Part shown: piece after piece, positions 18,374 to 28,883 of the stretch | Numbering within the stretch: the stretch's first letter is position 1 | Layout of the letters: each line of letters starts with the position of its first letter | Assembly: GCA_030157865.1 (NCBI GenBank) | Contig: JAOATY010000043.1 | Coordinates: forward strand, 34,964 to 98,963 | Reading direction: 5' to 3' | DNA: 64,000 bases | DNA from: Candidatus Nanopelagicales bacterium | GTDB taxonomy: Bacteria; Actinomycetota; Actinomycetes; S36-B12; UBA5976 | The notes under the pieces: generated by a model | The model's database searches: none | The model's input: only the letters and a program-made list of their open reading frames with translations | Told to the model about the DNA's origin: nothing | Program-made: the position numbers and the translations under genes

Positions 18374-18856
18374 ATGAACGAAGTTTGGTTAACTCAAGAA
18401 GCATTCGATCGGCTTAAAGCTGAGCTTGAACATCGAAGTGGCGAATTCCGCGAAGAAATCAAGGCGCGTATTACTGCTGCCCGCGAAGAAGGCGACCTAA
18501 AAGAAAACGGCGGCTACCACGCAGCTCGCGAAGAGCAAGGCAAGAATGAAGGCCGCGTTCGCCAACTAACCAAAATGCTTGAGGCTGCCCAAATCGGAAC
18601 TCCAGACATTCAAGAAGGCATAGTTTCCCAAGGCATGGTTGTCACAGTTAATTTCCCTGACCTAGATGACACCGAGACATTCCTACTTGGATCTCGCGAA
18701 GAAGCCGCGCACACTTCAATCGATGTTTACTCCCCGACTAGCCCAATGGGCGCGGCAGTACTCAACCAAGAAGTTGGCGCTGAAATTTCTTACGAAACTC
18801 CATCCGGAAAAACTCTCCGGATTGTCATCGTTGCAGCCGAACTTTACGTTCCTTAG
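18374..18856 (+). CDS. greA: Transcription elongation factor GreA
   Basis: 160 aa. N-terminal coiled coil with AREEGDLKENGGYHAAREEQ, the canonical GreA acidic-tip motif. Confidence 0.93.
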   Translation: MNEVWLTQEAFDRLKAELEHRSGEFREEIKARITAAREEGDLKENGGYHAAREEQGKNEGRVRQLTKMLEAAQIGTPDIQEGIVSQGMVVTVNFPDLDDTETFLLGSREEAAHTSIDVYSPTSPMGAAVLNQEVGAEISYETPSGKTLRIVIVAAELYVP

Positions 18857-18858
18857 TT

Positions 18859-19707
18859 CTACTTGTTACGGGTTTTAAATGCCCGAACTGCTAGCGGCGC
18901 GAAGATTGCCAATAGCAAGAAGCAGTACGCAAACGAAAGCTGAACTGGGTATCGCTCCGGGAATGAATCTCCAAGCAATGGTGTTGGATTTCCAAACAAC
19001 TGACGAGCCGCAAGTGCTAGACATGAAACCGGGTTCCAAAGTACAAACGGTTGCAACCAACCTGGCATTGTGGCCACTGGTGTAAAGATATTGGATGCAA
19101 ATGTGAATGGGAAAATCCAAGCTAGGCCTGCAGTGCCAGCAACTTCAGAGTTTGGCATGTGTAACCCGATCCAAGCACCAACCCAAGTAATTGCATACGC
19201 AAATGAAGCAAACATTAAGTAAGCCAAAGCTGCATCTGAGAACCCGTTATGGATTCTCCAGCCCACAGCTAAACCTGTGATGGAAAGAATCGCAATAACC
19301 AAAATGTTCTGAAGCAACGAGGCCAAAGTGTGTCCGGTTAGAACTGCACCTGGGCGCATTGGCAAGGAACGGAATCGATCCATGATTCCCTTGCTGGCAT
19401 CTTCAGTGATACCAACGGTGATTCCAGCAACCGCAAACATAACGGTCTGAGCCAAGATGCCCGGAATCAAGTATTCGCGGTAAGCCTGCGCTCCACCAGG
19501 ACCAACATCAATTGCGCCACCAAATACGAATGCGAAAAGCAATACGAACATAACTGGCTGAATCAATGCAAAGAAAAGTGATTCTGGAACACGAGTGATC
19601 TTCAGTAGGTGTCGACGAGAGACAGAAATGCTGTCAGTAATCAACCAACCAAAACGAGGTCGTGGAGCTGCAGATTCTTTTACTGAAGTTGTTGTCAAAG
19701 TACTCAT
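18859..19707 (-). CDS. ABC-2 type exporter permease
   Basis: 282 aa, six TM helices. Sits immediately downstream of the DrrA-like ATPase (2-nt gap). Confidence 0.8.
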   Translation of the reverse strand: MSTLTTTSVKESAAPRPRFGWLITDSISVSRRHLLKITRVPESLFFALIQPVMFVLLFAFVFGGAIDVGPGGAQAYREYLIPGILAQTVMFAVAGITVGITEDASKGIMDRFRSLPMRPGAVLTGHTLASLLQNILVIAILSITGLAVGWRIHNGFSDAALAYLMFASFAYAITWVGAWIGLHMPNSEVAGTAGLAWIFPFTFASNIFTPVATMPGWLQPFVLWNPVSCLALAARQLFGNPTPLLGDSFPERYPVQLSFAYCFLLLAIFAPLAVRAFKTRNK

Positions 19708-19709
19708 AA

Positions 19710-20708
19710 TTAACCTCTAGCCTTTCGTCCACGACGTCCCTTAGCAGGAACTGCAGATTCTTGATTATCTTCCGTTGCATGTCCAGTCAGACTTAGGAAT
19801 ACATCATCAAGTGTTGGTCGACGTAATGCAATGTCCGCAATTGCAATGTTGTTTTCATCCAGCTTGCGAACAATGTTCACGATTGCAGTTGAGCCACCTG
19901 CCACAGGAAGCAGAATGGTTTTTGTTAAATCTTCTGTGATTGCTTCAGCTGATCCGAATTCCGAAATCGCAATTGCTGCTTTAGCAACATCTGCGGCTGA
20001 CTCAACGACGATTTCAATTCGATCGCCACCAACTTGGGATTTAAGCTCATCTGAGGTTCCCTTGGCAATTACATTTCCGTGATCTAGAACGACAATTTTG
20101 TTTGCCAACTGGTCCGCTTCTTCTAAGTACTGAGTTGTCAGAAGTACTGTTGTGCCTTCTGCAATCAAGTCTTCAATTACTGACCACATACCTTGACGGC
20201 TTCGTGGATCAAGACCTGTAGTTGGCTCATCAAGGAACAAAACGTTTGGGCGACCGATTAGTGATGCGGCCAAATCAAGGCGACGACGCATACCGCCGGA
20301 GTAGCCCTTGATTCCGCGATCAGCAGCATCGGATAAATCGAAACGATCTAGAAGTTCATTAGCCCGCTTCGCAGCATCAAACTTGCTTAAGTGAAACAGG
20401 CGACCAAAAAGTTCGAGGTTTTCGCGACCTGTTAGGTACTCATCAACGGCTGCGTACTGTCCGGTCAGACCAATCACGCTACGAACTTCGTCAGGTTGAG
20501 TAACGACATCAAAGCCGCCAACACTAGCTGAACCGCTATCGGCCTGAAGCAAAGTTGCCAGAATTCTTACTGTTGTGGTTTTGCCAGAGCCGTTTGGTCC
20601 TAAAAGGCCAAGTACAGTTCCTTGCTCAACTTCGATATCGATGCCATTGAGTGCAACTACATCTCCGTAAGCCTTGGTTAGGCCCGATGCTTTGATTGCA
20701 AGTGTCAT
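19710..20708 (-). CDS. ABC transporter ATP-binding protein (DrrA/daunorubicin-resistance type)
   Basis: Walker A GPNGSGKTT, signature YSGGMRRRLDLA, Walker B VLFLDEPTTGLD, plus a C-terminal DrrA-type extension. Confidence 0.9.
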   Translation of the reverse strand: MTLAIKASGLTKAYGDVVALNGIDIEVEQGTVLGLLGPNGSGKTTTVRILATLLQADSGSASVGGFDVVTQPDEVRSVIGLTGQYAAVDEYLTGRENLELFGRLFHLSKFDAAKRANELLDRFDLSDAADRGIKGYSGGMRRRLDLAASLIGRPNVLFLDEPTTGLDPRSRQGMWSVIEDLIAEGTTVLLTTQYLEEADQLANKIVVLDHGNVIAKGTSDELKSQVGGDRIEIVVESAADVAKAAIAISEFGSAEAITEDLTKTILLPVAGGSTAIVNIVRKLDENNIAIADIALRRPTLDDVFLSLTGHATEDNQESAVPAKGRRGRKARG

Positions 20709-20711
20709 TTT

Positions 20712-20763
20712 CGCTTAAATCCTTAGTGGTAAGACCCGATACTCGTAACTTACCAGTTAAGCG
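20712..20763 (-). promoter_or_regulatory. Nested stem-loop in the leader of the ABC exporter operon
   Basis: The minus strand reads CGCTTAA-CT-GGTAAG-N15-CTTACC-ACTAAGGAT-TTAAGCG-AAA-ATG. The outer 7-bp and inner 6-bp stems enclose the only SD-like AAGGA. Confidence 0.3.
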
Positions 20764-20853
20764 AATTTTCAATATCTGCAGTTCACCTCAGGCGGAATCA
20801 CGCATAAAAATTGAATATTAGATAGTTGCGCCCGACCGTGCCAATATTGACCA

Positions 20854-22065
20854 GTGGAACCAGTAACTCTTGAAGACATCTATGACGCAGCCAAGTTGTT
20901 GGATGGCGTAATCAAAAAGACTCCATCAATTGGCGCTGGATGGGTTGAAAAGAAATACGGAGTAGATGTCACGTTCAAATGTGAAAATCTCCAACGAGCT
21001 GGTTCATTCAAAATTCGTGGTGCCTATAACCGCATCGCTAGACTTTCCGCCGCCGAACGCAGTAAAGGTGTTGTCGCTGCAAGTGCCGGAAATCACGCTC
21101 AAGGTGTAGCCCTTGCCGCTCAGATCCTAGGAATTAAGGCCACCATCTTTATGCCAGAGGGTGCGACGCTACCGAAGTACCAAGCAACAGTTGGGTACGG
21201 CGCCGAAGTAATTTTTCATGGCAAAACTATTGATGAAGCGCTAATGGCTGCAAGTGAGTTTTCAAATGAAACGGGCGCGGTATTTATTCACCCGTTCGAT
21301 CATGAACACATCGTTGCTGGGCAAGGCACTATGGGCCTAGAGATTTTGGAACAAAATCCTGACGTTAAGACCATTGTCGTTTGCACTGGTGGCGGCGGAT
21401 TACTTGCTGGCACTGCGCTGGCAATCAAGAGTTTGCGCCCTGACATAAAGGTGATTGGTGTCCAAGCTGAAATGGCGGCTGCGTATCCCCCATCACTTGC
21501 TGCTGGTTCTCCACAAATGCTGCCAAAGATGTCAACCATGGCTGACGGTATTGCAGTTGGCAGACCTGGCGACGTTCCATTCAAAATCATTCAGCAACAT
21601 GTTGATGAAATTCGAACTGTAAGTGAAGCCTCATTAGCACGCGCACTTCTACTGACTTTGGAACGTAGCAAGCTCCAGGTTGAAGCCGGTGGCATCGCTG
21701 CGGTAGCTGCGATTCTTGATGATCCAGATTCATTTGAAGGACCAGTCGTAGCAAGTTTGTCTGGTGGCAACATCGATCCACTATTACTAAGTCGCGTAAT
21801 GCGAACTGGCCTTGCTACTTCCGGCAGGTTCTTGATGGTGCAAGTTAGATTGACTGACCAACCTGGATCTCTGGCAAAGCTTTTGGCTTGTGTGGCTGAA
21901 CTTGGAACCAACATCATTCAAACTTCACACACTCGCATGAATCCAGCATTGGCAATCAGCGAGGTTGATGTTGAAGTTGAACTTGAAACTCGTGGATTTG
22001 AACATCGGGAACAAATTCTGGCTGCGATTGTTGCCCAAGGTTTTGAAATTGTGACTTACTACTAA
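20854..22065 (+). CDS. ilvA: Threonine ammonia-lyase (threonine dehydratase), short form with one ACT-like domain
   Basis: 403 aa, GTG start. PLP-lysine motif NLQRAGSFKIRGAYN, GGGGLLAG loop, single C-terminal regulatory domain. Confidence 0.9.
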   Translation: MEPVTLEDIYDAAKLLDGVIKKTPSIGAGWVEKKYGVDVTFKCENLQRAGSFKIRGAYNRIARLSAAERSKGVVAASAGNHAQGVALAAQILGIKATIFMPEGATLPKYQATVGYGAEVIFHGKTIDEALMAASEFSNETGAVFIHPFDHEHIVAGQGTMGLEILEQNPDVKTIVVCTGGGGLLAGTALAIKSLRPDIKVIGVQAEMAAAYPPSLAAGSPQMLPKMSTMADGIAVGRPGDVPFKIIQQHVDEIRTVSEASLARALLLTLERSKLQVEAGGIAAVAAILDDPDSFEGPVVASLSGGNIDPLLLSRVMRTGLATSGRFLMVQVRLTDQPGSLAKLLACVAELGTNIIQTSHTRMNPALAISEVDVEVELETRGFEHREQILAAIVAQGFEIVTYY

Positions 22066-22067
22066 AC

Positions 22068-23300
22068 ATGCGCAAACTACTTGATCGTTATTTCAAAGAC
22101 CTGCCTAGCGAAGTTGCAGTTCTGACGGCTGTCGCATTTTGTGTAGCGCTTGGATTTGGCATTGTTGCGCCAATCATTCCGGTATTTGCTCAGACCTTTG
22201 AGGTATCGGCATTTGCTGCCAGCTCGGTAATCAGCGTCTTTGCTTTAATGCGATTTATCAGTGCCGCGCCAAGTGGTTGGCTAGTAAACAGATTTGGTGA
22301 GCGAAGTGTTTTATGGATTGGGCTCAGCATCGTTGCAATCTCGAGCGCCCTAGCTGGTTTTTCTCAGAGTTTCGAACAATTGATTTTCTTGCGTGGGCTA
22401 GGTGGAACTGGTTCAGCAATGTTCACAGTTTCATCAATGTCACTGTTGTTGCGCACGGTCGATGCAGCCCATCGCGGTCGTGCGGCCAGCACTTACCAAG
22501 GTGGTTTCTTGTTCGGCGGTCTAGCTGGACCAGCCGTCGGCGGCTTGGTTGTTGGCATGAGTATTAGAGCCCCGTTCTTTGTTTACGCAGCAACGCTGAG
22601 CTTGGCTGCCTTAACGGCTTACTTCGCTTTGCCAAAAGGTCTTGGTCATCCAACAAAAGACACTTCGGAATCGGTTGAAGTTCAAGAGCCTGCCATGTCG
22701 CTACGTGCGGCTCTGAAGTTTCGCGCTTACTGGACTGCGCTGGTGGTGAACCTTTCAAATGGAATGACTTCATTTGGCCTGCGCTCTGCATTGATTCCGC
22801 TATTTGTGGTTTCGGTGCTCCAAAAGAGTCCCGCCACATCTAGCTATGGATTCCTAGCAACCAGCATCGTTCAAGCTTCCCTATTGCTACCTGCTGGTCG
22901 AATGACGGATACCAAAGGTCGAAAGCCTTCCATGATTATCGGAACTTCGTTCCTAGTGGTTTCCATGCTGTGTTTAGTCGCAAGCGAAACTCTGGCTGGG
23001 TTCTATGGCGCCATGGTTGCCATGGGAGTTAGTGCAGCATTCTTGGGAGGTGCGCCATCTGCTGTGGTCGGCGACGTGGTTGATGGTCGTAAAGGTGGCC
23101 CAGTTGTAGCTACTTACCAAATGATGAGCGATCTTGGCATCATCATTGGTCCACTTATGTTTGGTTACTTGGCAGATACAACTGGTGGGTTTGAATGGCC
23201 ATTCATTGCGAGCCTCTTAGTGGCCAGCGCAACAAGTGTCTTGGTTTTATTCATGCCAGAAACTCGAAAGCCAAAGGCTTCAGAAGTCTTAGCTGCTTAG
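22068..23300 (+). CDS. MFS transporter
   Basis: 410 aa, ~12 TM helices. MFS loop motif GWLVNRFGERSV between TM2 and TM3. Confidence 0.85.
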   Translation: MRKLLDRYFKDLPSEVAVLTAVAFCVALGFGIVAPIIPVFAQTFEVSAFAASSVISVFALMRFISAAPSGWLVNRFGERSVLWIGLSIVAISSALAGFSQSFEQLIFLRGLGGTGSAMFTVSSMSLLLRTVDAAHRGRAASTYQGGFLFGGLAGPAVGGLVVGMSIRAPFFVYAATLSLAALTAYFALPKGLGHPTKDTSESVEVQEPAMSLRAALKFRAYWTALVVNLSNGMTSFGLRSALIPLFVVSVLQKSPATSSYGFLATSIVQASLLLPAGRMTDTKGRKPSMIIGTSFLVVSMLCLVASETLAGFYGAMVAMGVSAAFLGGAPSAVVGDVVDGRKGGPVVATYQMMSDLGIIIGPLMFGYLADTTGGFEWPFIASLLVASATSVLVLFMPETRKPKASEVLAA

Positions 23301-23873
23301 AGTTGCAATCTCTGGTAACAAAATTCCGGTGTGAGCATGGCAGTCATAGCCATTTGGATTCTTGATTAAGTACTGCTGGTGATATTCCTCGGCGTACCAA
23401 AACTTAAAGTTTGCCGCTGGTGCTAACTCAGTGGTGATTGGATCAAAACCTTTACCAACTAAAACATCGTTGTAAGCGTTGCGAGATTCGGTAACCCACT
23501 TTTCTTGCTCTGGAGTAGTCCAGTAAACCGCGCTGCGGTACTGAGTACCGATGTCATTACCCTGGCGATTACCTTGAGTTGGATCGTGGTTTTCCCAGAA
23601 GCATTTCAGTAAGTCATAAATCGAAGTTTTCGTTGGGTCGTAGGCAACCAAAACAATTTCAGAGTGACCAGTTGAGCCGGTGCAAACCAAAGGATACGTC
23701 GGATCACTTGCAGTACCGCCCATGTATCCGACAGCAGTGCTAACTACGCCTGGAAGGTTCCATAACTTCTTTTCAGCACCCCAAAAACAACCCATGCCAA
23801 AGTAAAAAACTTCAGTGCCTTGTGGCCAAGGTCCTCGGATGTCGGTGCCTAAAACTAAGTGGGTTTCGCTCAT
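23289..23873 (-). CDS. msrA: Peptide-methionine (S)-S-oxide reductase
   Basis: 194 aa. Catalytic GMGCFWGAEK motif, then GYMGG and HDPT. Confidence 0.93.
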   Translation of the reverse strand: MSETHLVLGTDIRGPWPQGTEVFYFGMGCFWGAEKKLWNLPGVVSTAVGYMGGTASDPTYPLVCTGSTGHSEIVLVAYDPTKTSIYDLLKCFWENHDPTQGNRQGNDIGTQYRSAVYWTTPEQEKWVTESRNAYNDVLVGKGFDPITTELAPAANFKFWYAEEYHQQYLIKNPNGYDCHAHTGILLPEIATLSS

Positions 23874-23912
23874 GTCTCTACTTTGCCAAGTAATCCAAGT
23901 TTTCGCACATGC

Positions 23913-23943
23913 AAAAAGGGGCCGGCAATGCCAACCCCTTTTG
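23913..23943 (-). terminator. Rho-independent terminator downstream of the Bax-inhibitor-like gene
   Basis: The minus strand reads AAAAGGGGTTGGCATTGCCGGCCCCTTTTTGC: a GC stem (GGGG/CCCC plus an inner GGC/GCC) followed by a T-run. Confidence 0.7.
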
Positions 23944-23957
23944 TTTGCTTAGAATTT

Positions 23958-24719
23958 CTATTCGTCGCCAGAGAAAATTGCAATCAGACGAAGTAGCTCG
24001 GTGTACAACCAAACCAAAGTGATAGCTAGACCGAAGGCCATGCGCCATGCTTCTTTTTCTGGAGCACCCTGAGCGATTGCCTGGGTAATCATTTCAAAGT
24101 CCATAACGAGCGAGAACGATGCAAGGCCTACGCCTGCAATACATAGCAAGAGGCCTAAGTTTCCAGCACCGTAGAAGCCCCACCCATCGCCAACACCAAA
24201 GAAGCTTGAGATCAAAGATGCGACTGCAATAACCAAGTAAGACACCATGGCAACCATGAACGCTTTCTTGAAGCGGCCATTGACCTTGATGATCTGCGAC
24301 TTGTAAAGGAACAGCATGGTGCCAAATGCAATCAGTGTTCCCATAACAGCCTGTGAAACTAAGTTTGGCGCTGTCTCTGCATAAGCAGTTGCATACATCT
24401 TGCTGAGGCCACCAAGGAATACACCTTCTGCAGCGCCGTAGGCAAGTACAAGAGCTGGGCTAACTTGCTTCTTAAAAATGTTTGCAAATGCTAGACCAAG
24501 GCCAACAATCATTGCCACGAAAGTTAGACCTGGCATCGACCAACCAACAAATGCGCCAACGATCAACAGCGCGAAAAGCATGCCAGTTTTTACGATGACG
24601 TCATCCATGGTCAATCGAGCGCCGGAGAATTCTGGCTGGGTTAGTGAACCTTGTTCAAGGGTCTCGCCGCCAAAGCTTTCGCCAGTTGCGCGAATTAGTA
24701 CTGGATTACGACTTGCCAT
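23958..24719 (-). CDS. Bax inhibitor-1/YccA family membrane protein
   Basis: 253 aa, seven TM helices with a charged C-terminal tail (LLRLIAIFSGDE), typical of the actinobacterial BI-1/YccA family. Confidence 0.8.
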   Translation of the reverse strand: MASRNPVLIRATGESFGGETLEQGSLTQPEFSGARLTMDDVIVKTGMLFALLIVGAFVGWSMPGLTFVAMIVGLGLAFANIFKKQVSPALVLAYGAAEGVFLGGLSKMYATAYAETAPNLVSQAVMGTLIAFGTMLFLYKSQIIKVNGRFKKAFMVAMVSYLVIAVASLISSFFGVGDGWGFYGAGNLGLLLCIAGVGLASFSLVMDFEMITQAIAQGAPEKEAWRMAFGLAITLVWLYTELLRLIAIFSGDE

Positions 24720-24839
24720 TTGTTACCTCCCGTGGGACGAGTATCGTCACCAATTGGTTTATTTCTACCCCGAATATAACCCGTTAAACCCGAATCGGAC
24801 CCTTGTAAGCCAGCAGAATCGGCTTTGTTCCTATGGATT

Positions 24840-24917
24840 TGGTACCCCTGGTCGGACTTGAACCGACACTGGCACGATTTTAAGTCGTGTGCCTCTAACC
24901 GATTGGGCTACAGGGGC
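24840..24917 (-). tRNA. tRNA with anticodon UAA (Leu by anticodon) but a class-I-like short variable loop; CCA encoded
   Basis: The reverse strand reads GCCCCTGTAGCCCAATCGGTTAGAGGCACACGACTTAAAATCGTGCCAGTGTCGGTTCAAGTCCGACCAGGGGTACCA. The acceptor stem has G1:U72 and discriminator A73. The D-stem is 3 bp with an AATCGGTTAG loop. The anticodon stem is CACGA/TCGTG with loop CTTAAAA (anticodon at 24880-24882). The variable region is only CCAGT. The T-arm is GTCGG-TTCAAGT-CCGAC. Confidence 0.75.
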
Positions 24918-24963
24918 GTGGTGTTTTCCACCGCTTAATCCTGACAGGTTTTGTCAGAAGTTC

Positions 24964-25902
24964 CTAACTGGGGTTGCTTATTAAGGCTCGGGCAATTCCA
25001 TCGAGAATGTCGCGTTCTGAAACGACTACTTCGGTAAGCCCAGTTCTAGCCATAATTCGATCAAGTACTAACGCTCCCGATCCAATTACATCGATTCGAC
25101 CCTCGTGCATTGGTCCCAATGTCGCCCGCTGTGCTCGAGTCATCGTCAATAGCTCTTGTGTTACGCGATGCACTTCTTCAGCCGAAATCCGACTGCCATG
25201 AATCACTTCAGAGTCATACTCGGTAAGGCCCATTGCCAGTGCAGCAACTGTTGTTACTGAACCGGCTAGTCCAATCAAACTTTTAGCTTCTGCAATTGGC
25301 ACCGCTAAGTAAGCCTGATCAATTGCCGCGTCAATGTCAGCTGTCGCAGCAGCAATCTGTTCCGCAGTTGCGGGGTCACTAACTAGGTGGCGCTCAGTCA
25401 TACGAACGCAGCCAACATTCGTACTGATTGCTGCGGTTGGCTTTGTCTTGCCGAGCACAAACTCGGTAGACCCGCCACCAATGTCGACTACCAAGTACGG
25501 TGCCGTTGGTGGTTGCTCAAAGTTCAAGAAGTCAGCTGTCGCGCCTAGGAACGAAAGTGCGGCTTCTTCATCGCCACTTATGACATCCGGCTCGATACCA
25601 AGGCGGCTAACAATTCCATCAACAAACTCATCACGATTTGAAACATCTCGGCTCGCGCTAGTCGCTACAAATCTCACTACCTCAGGCTTATGTTCTGCGA
25701 TCAATTCCGCATAAGTTTCGATTGCGGCAAAAGTGCGAGCCAACGCTGCTTGCGAGAACTCACCAGTCTTGTCGACGCCTTCACCTAAGCGAACAATGAT
25801 CATGGTTCGAACGACATCAGTGAGCTTTCCGTTTTCGATATCAGCGATCAAAAGACGAATTGAATTCGTGCCGCAATCAATTGCTGCCACTCTCAATGTC
25901 AT
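24964..25902 (-). CDS. ppx: Ppx/GppA-family exopolyphosphatase
   Basis: MTLRVAAIDCGTNSIRLL (ASKHA phosphate-1 motif) and VVDIGGGSTEF. The ORF track starts at the GTG at 25911; I prefer the ATG at 25902 by comparison with known N-termini. Overlaps the 3' end of the DUF501 gene. Confidence 0.88.
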   Translation of the reverse strand: MTLRVAAIDCGTNSIRLLIADIENGKLTDVVRTMIIVRLGEGVDKTGEFSQAALARTFAAIETYAELIAEHKPEVVRFVATSASRDVSNRDEFVDGIVSRLGIEPDVISGDEEAALSFLGATADFLNFEQPPTAPYLVVDIGGGSTEFVLGKTKPTAAISTNVGCVRMTERHLVSDPATAEQIAAATADIDAAIDQAYLAVPIAEAKSLIGLAGSVTTVAALAMGLTEYDSEVIHGSRISAEEVHRVTQELLTMTRAQRATLGPMHEGRIDVIGSGALVLDRIMARTGLTEVVVSERDILDGIARALISNPS

Positions 25903-26383
25903 CACCCCCACAAGGTCCGGTCTGTCCCCAGTCTTTCAGCATGGCAAGAGCGATGTCGCCTAGTGGATTAACGCCAGGACCAGCTGCAAGTGAATGTCCG
26001 ATCAATACATGCAGGCACTTCACGCGAGTTGGCATTCCGCCGGCGCTGATCCCTGCGATTTCTTCGACATGTTCAATGGCTTCGCGCTCTGCTAGATAGA
26101 TCTCATGCGCAGCTTCGTATTTTGCCGCTAGTTCAGGATCTGCTGCGATTGCATCAGCAAGCTCCTTCATCACGCCATTTGCTTCGAGCGTGCCAATTGC
26201 ACCGGTGGCTTTCGGACAAGTCATGTAATACAAAGTTGGAAATGGCGTGCCATCTTCTAAGCGCGGTGATGTCTTCAACACATCTGGCTGACCACATGAA
26301 CAGCGATGGGCTACTTCAATCACACTTCGTGGGTCACGGCCTAGCTGGGCACGTACTGAGGCAAAATCTTCAGGAGTAAGCAT
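25877..26383 (-). CDS. DUF501 domain protein
   Basis: 168 aa. CSCGQPDVLKTSPRL..GTPFPTLYYMTCP pattern. Rv1025-like position between ftsB-like and ppx. Confidence 0.75.
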   Translation of the reverse strand: MLTPEDFASVRAQLGRDPRSVIEVAHRCSCGQPDVLKTSPRLEDGTPFPTLYYMTCPKATGAIGTLEANGVMKELADAIAADPELAAKYEAAHEIYLAEREAIEHVEEIAGISAGGMPTRVKCLHVLIGHSLAAGPGVNPLGDIALAMLKDWGQTGPCGGDDIESGSN

Positions 26384-26389
26384 CGGCAG

Positions 26390-26833
26390 TTACTGTGGCA
26401 AATCGTCGGACTGCACAACTAATGGATCATCAGCTGCCGGTGGATTGTCTGCGAGCTTGGCGCTGCTCCAAAGTTTTGTGTACCAAGCGGAGTCATCGTT
26501 TGGCACTAGAGCTCCAGGAACACCAGTAATCGCTGTGTTGGTTTCTTCATCAAGTACAACGAAGCCAATTTCTCCTGGGAATACATAGTTAAGTCGTTCA
26601 CGCGCTAACGCCTGCAGGTATGCCGGATCAGCGAGACGGGCCTTTCGATTGTTCAACTCATCGATTTTGGCTTGCTGAGCAACTACTTGTTGTTCCAAGT
26701 CCTTGATTTCTCGACGCTCTTGAATCAAAGCCCGAAGTGGAACTGCCAATGTCAGCATGACAAATACGCCCGCAAGAATCATCGCAATTGCGCGCGCATT
26801 TATTCTCGGAGAAATCCTTGGAGAAGATGCCAC
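26390..26833 (-). CDS. Septum formation initiator (FtsB/DivIC) family protein
   Basis: 147 aa. N-terminal TM helix, then a coiled coil (IKDLEQQVVAQQAKIDELNNRKARLADPAYLQALARERLNY). Immediately downstream of eno, as for Rv1024. Confidence 0.75.
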   Translation of the reverse strand: MASSPRISPRINARAIAMILAGVFVMLTLAVPLRALIQERREIKDLEQQVVAQQAKIDELNNRKARLADPAYLQALARERLNYVFPGEIGFVVLDEETNTAITGVPGALVPNDDSAWYTKLWSSAKLADNPPAADDPLVVQSDDLPQ

Positions 26834-26851
26834 GTCTTAATTGTGCCGTGC

Positions 26852-28156
<1,305 letters not shown>

Positions 28157-28225
28157 TTACTGCGAGGCTTCCCCGCCGTTGGTTAAAGTCTAGCGATTTT
28201 GAATTGGCTCCTGAAAAGCCGTTGC

Positions 28226-28879
28226 TTAAAGGCCTTCAGATTCCCGGACTCGGGAGCGATAGCGCATCATTTCTGCCCGCAATACGGATTCCGCATCGAT
28301 GTCAGCTTCGCGAGCAAGTTCAACAGTGGCTATCAAAAGTGCAGCAATTTGTTCTTGGTTAACTTCGCCAATAAGTTCTCGGACTGATTCTTTAACTTCT
28401 GCATCCCCTGCAATAACGCCACTCTTGCGGGCACGATAAATCAACTGGGTAGCAAGTTGAAGTGCGGGCATTGCTTGGGGAACTCCGTCAGTTACAGATT
28501 CACGCTGTTTTTCTTGCTCTTTAATCTTTGCCCAGTTAGCTTCAAGTTCTTCATTTGAAGAAACCACTAAGTCTGTAAAGACATGTGGATGGCGGCGAAC
28601 TAATTTGTCTACGACACCTTGGGCGATTGAATCTAATGAGAACGTTTCATCTGATTCCTGTGCAATTCGTGCGTGAAATACAACTTGCAACAGCAAGTCG
28701 CCTAATTCTTCGCGAAGTGAACCTAAATCTCCTTGGTCCATTGCCTCGAGCGCTTCGTAAGTTTCTTCGAGTAGATAGCGCGCAAGACTTTCGTGGGTTT
28801 GCTCGGCATCCCAAGGACAACCACCAGGACTACGAAGTTGGTCCATCACCTGGACAAGTTGTTCAACAGGTGAATTCAT
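28226..28879 (-). CDS. mazG: MazG nucleoside triphosphate pyrophosphohydrolase
   Basis: CPWDAEQTHESLARYLLEETYEALEA and ELGDLLLQVVFHA are MazG EExxE motifs. Start moved from 28927 to the ATG at 28879, which removes the overlap with the upstream lipoprotein gene (stop at 28884). Confidence 0.85.
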   Translation of the reverse strand: MNSPVEQLVQVMDQLRSPGGCPWDAEQTHESLARYLLEETYEALEAMDQGDLGSLREELGDLLLQVVFHARIAQESDETFSLDSIAQGVVDKLVRRHPHVFTDLVVSSNEELEANWAKIKEQEKQRESVTDGVPQAMPALQLATQLIYRARKSGVIAGDAEVKESVRELIGEVNQEQIAALLIATVELAREADIDAESVLRAEMMRYRSRVRESEGL

Positions 28880-28883
28880 ATCT

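Noticed and set aside
24478-24861. 127-aa + strand ORF
   Set aside because: It is antisense to the Bax-inhibitor-like gene and runs into the tRNA. No motifs, so a shadow ORF.
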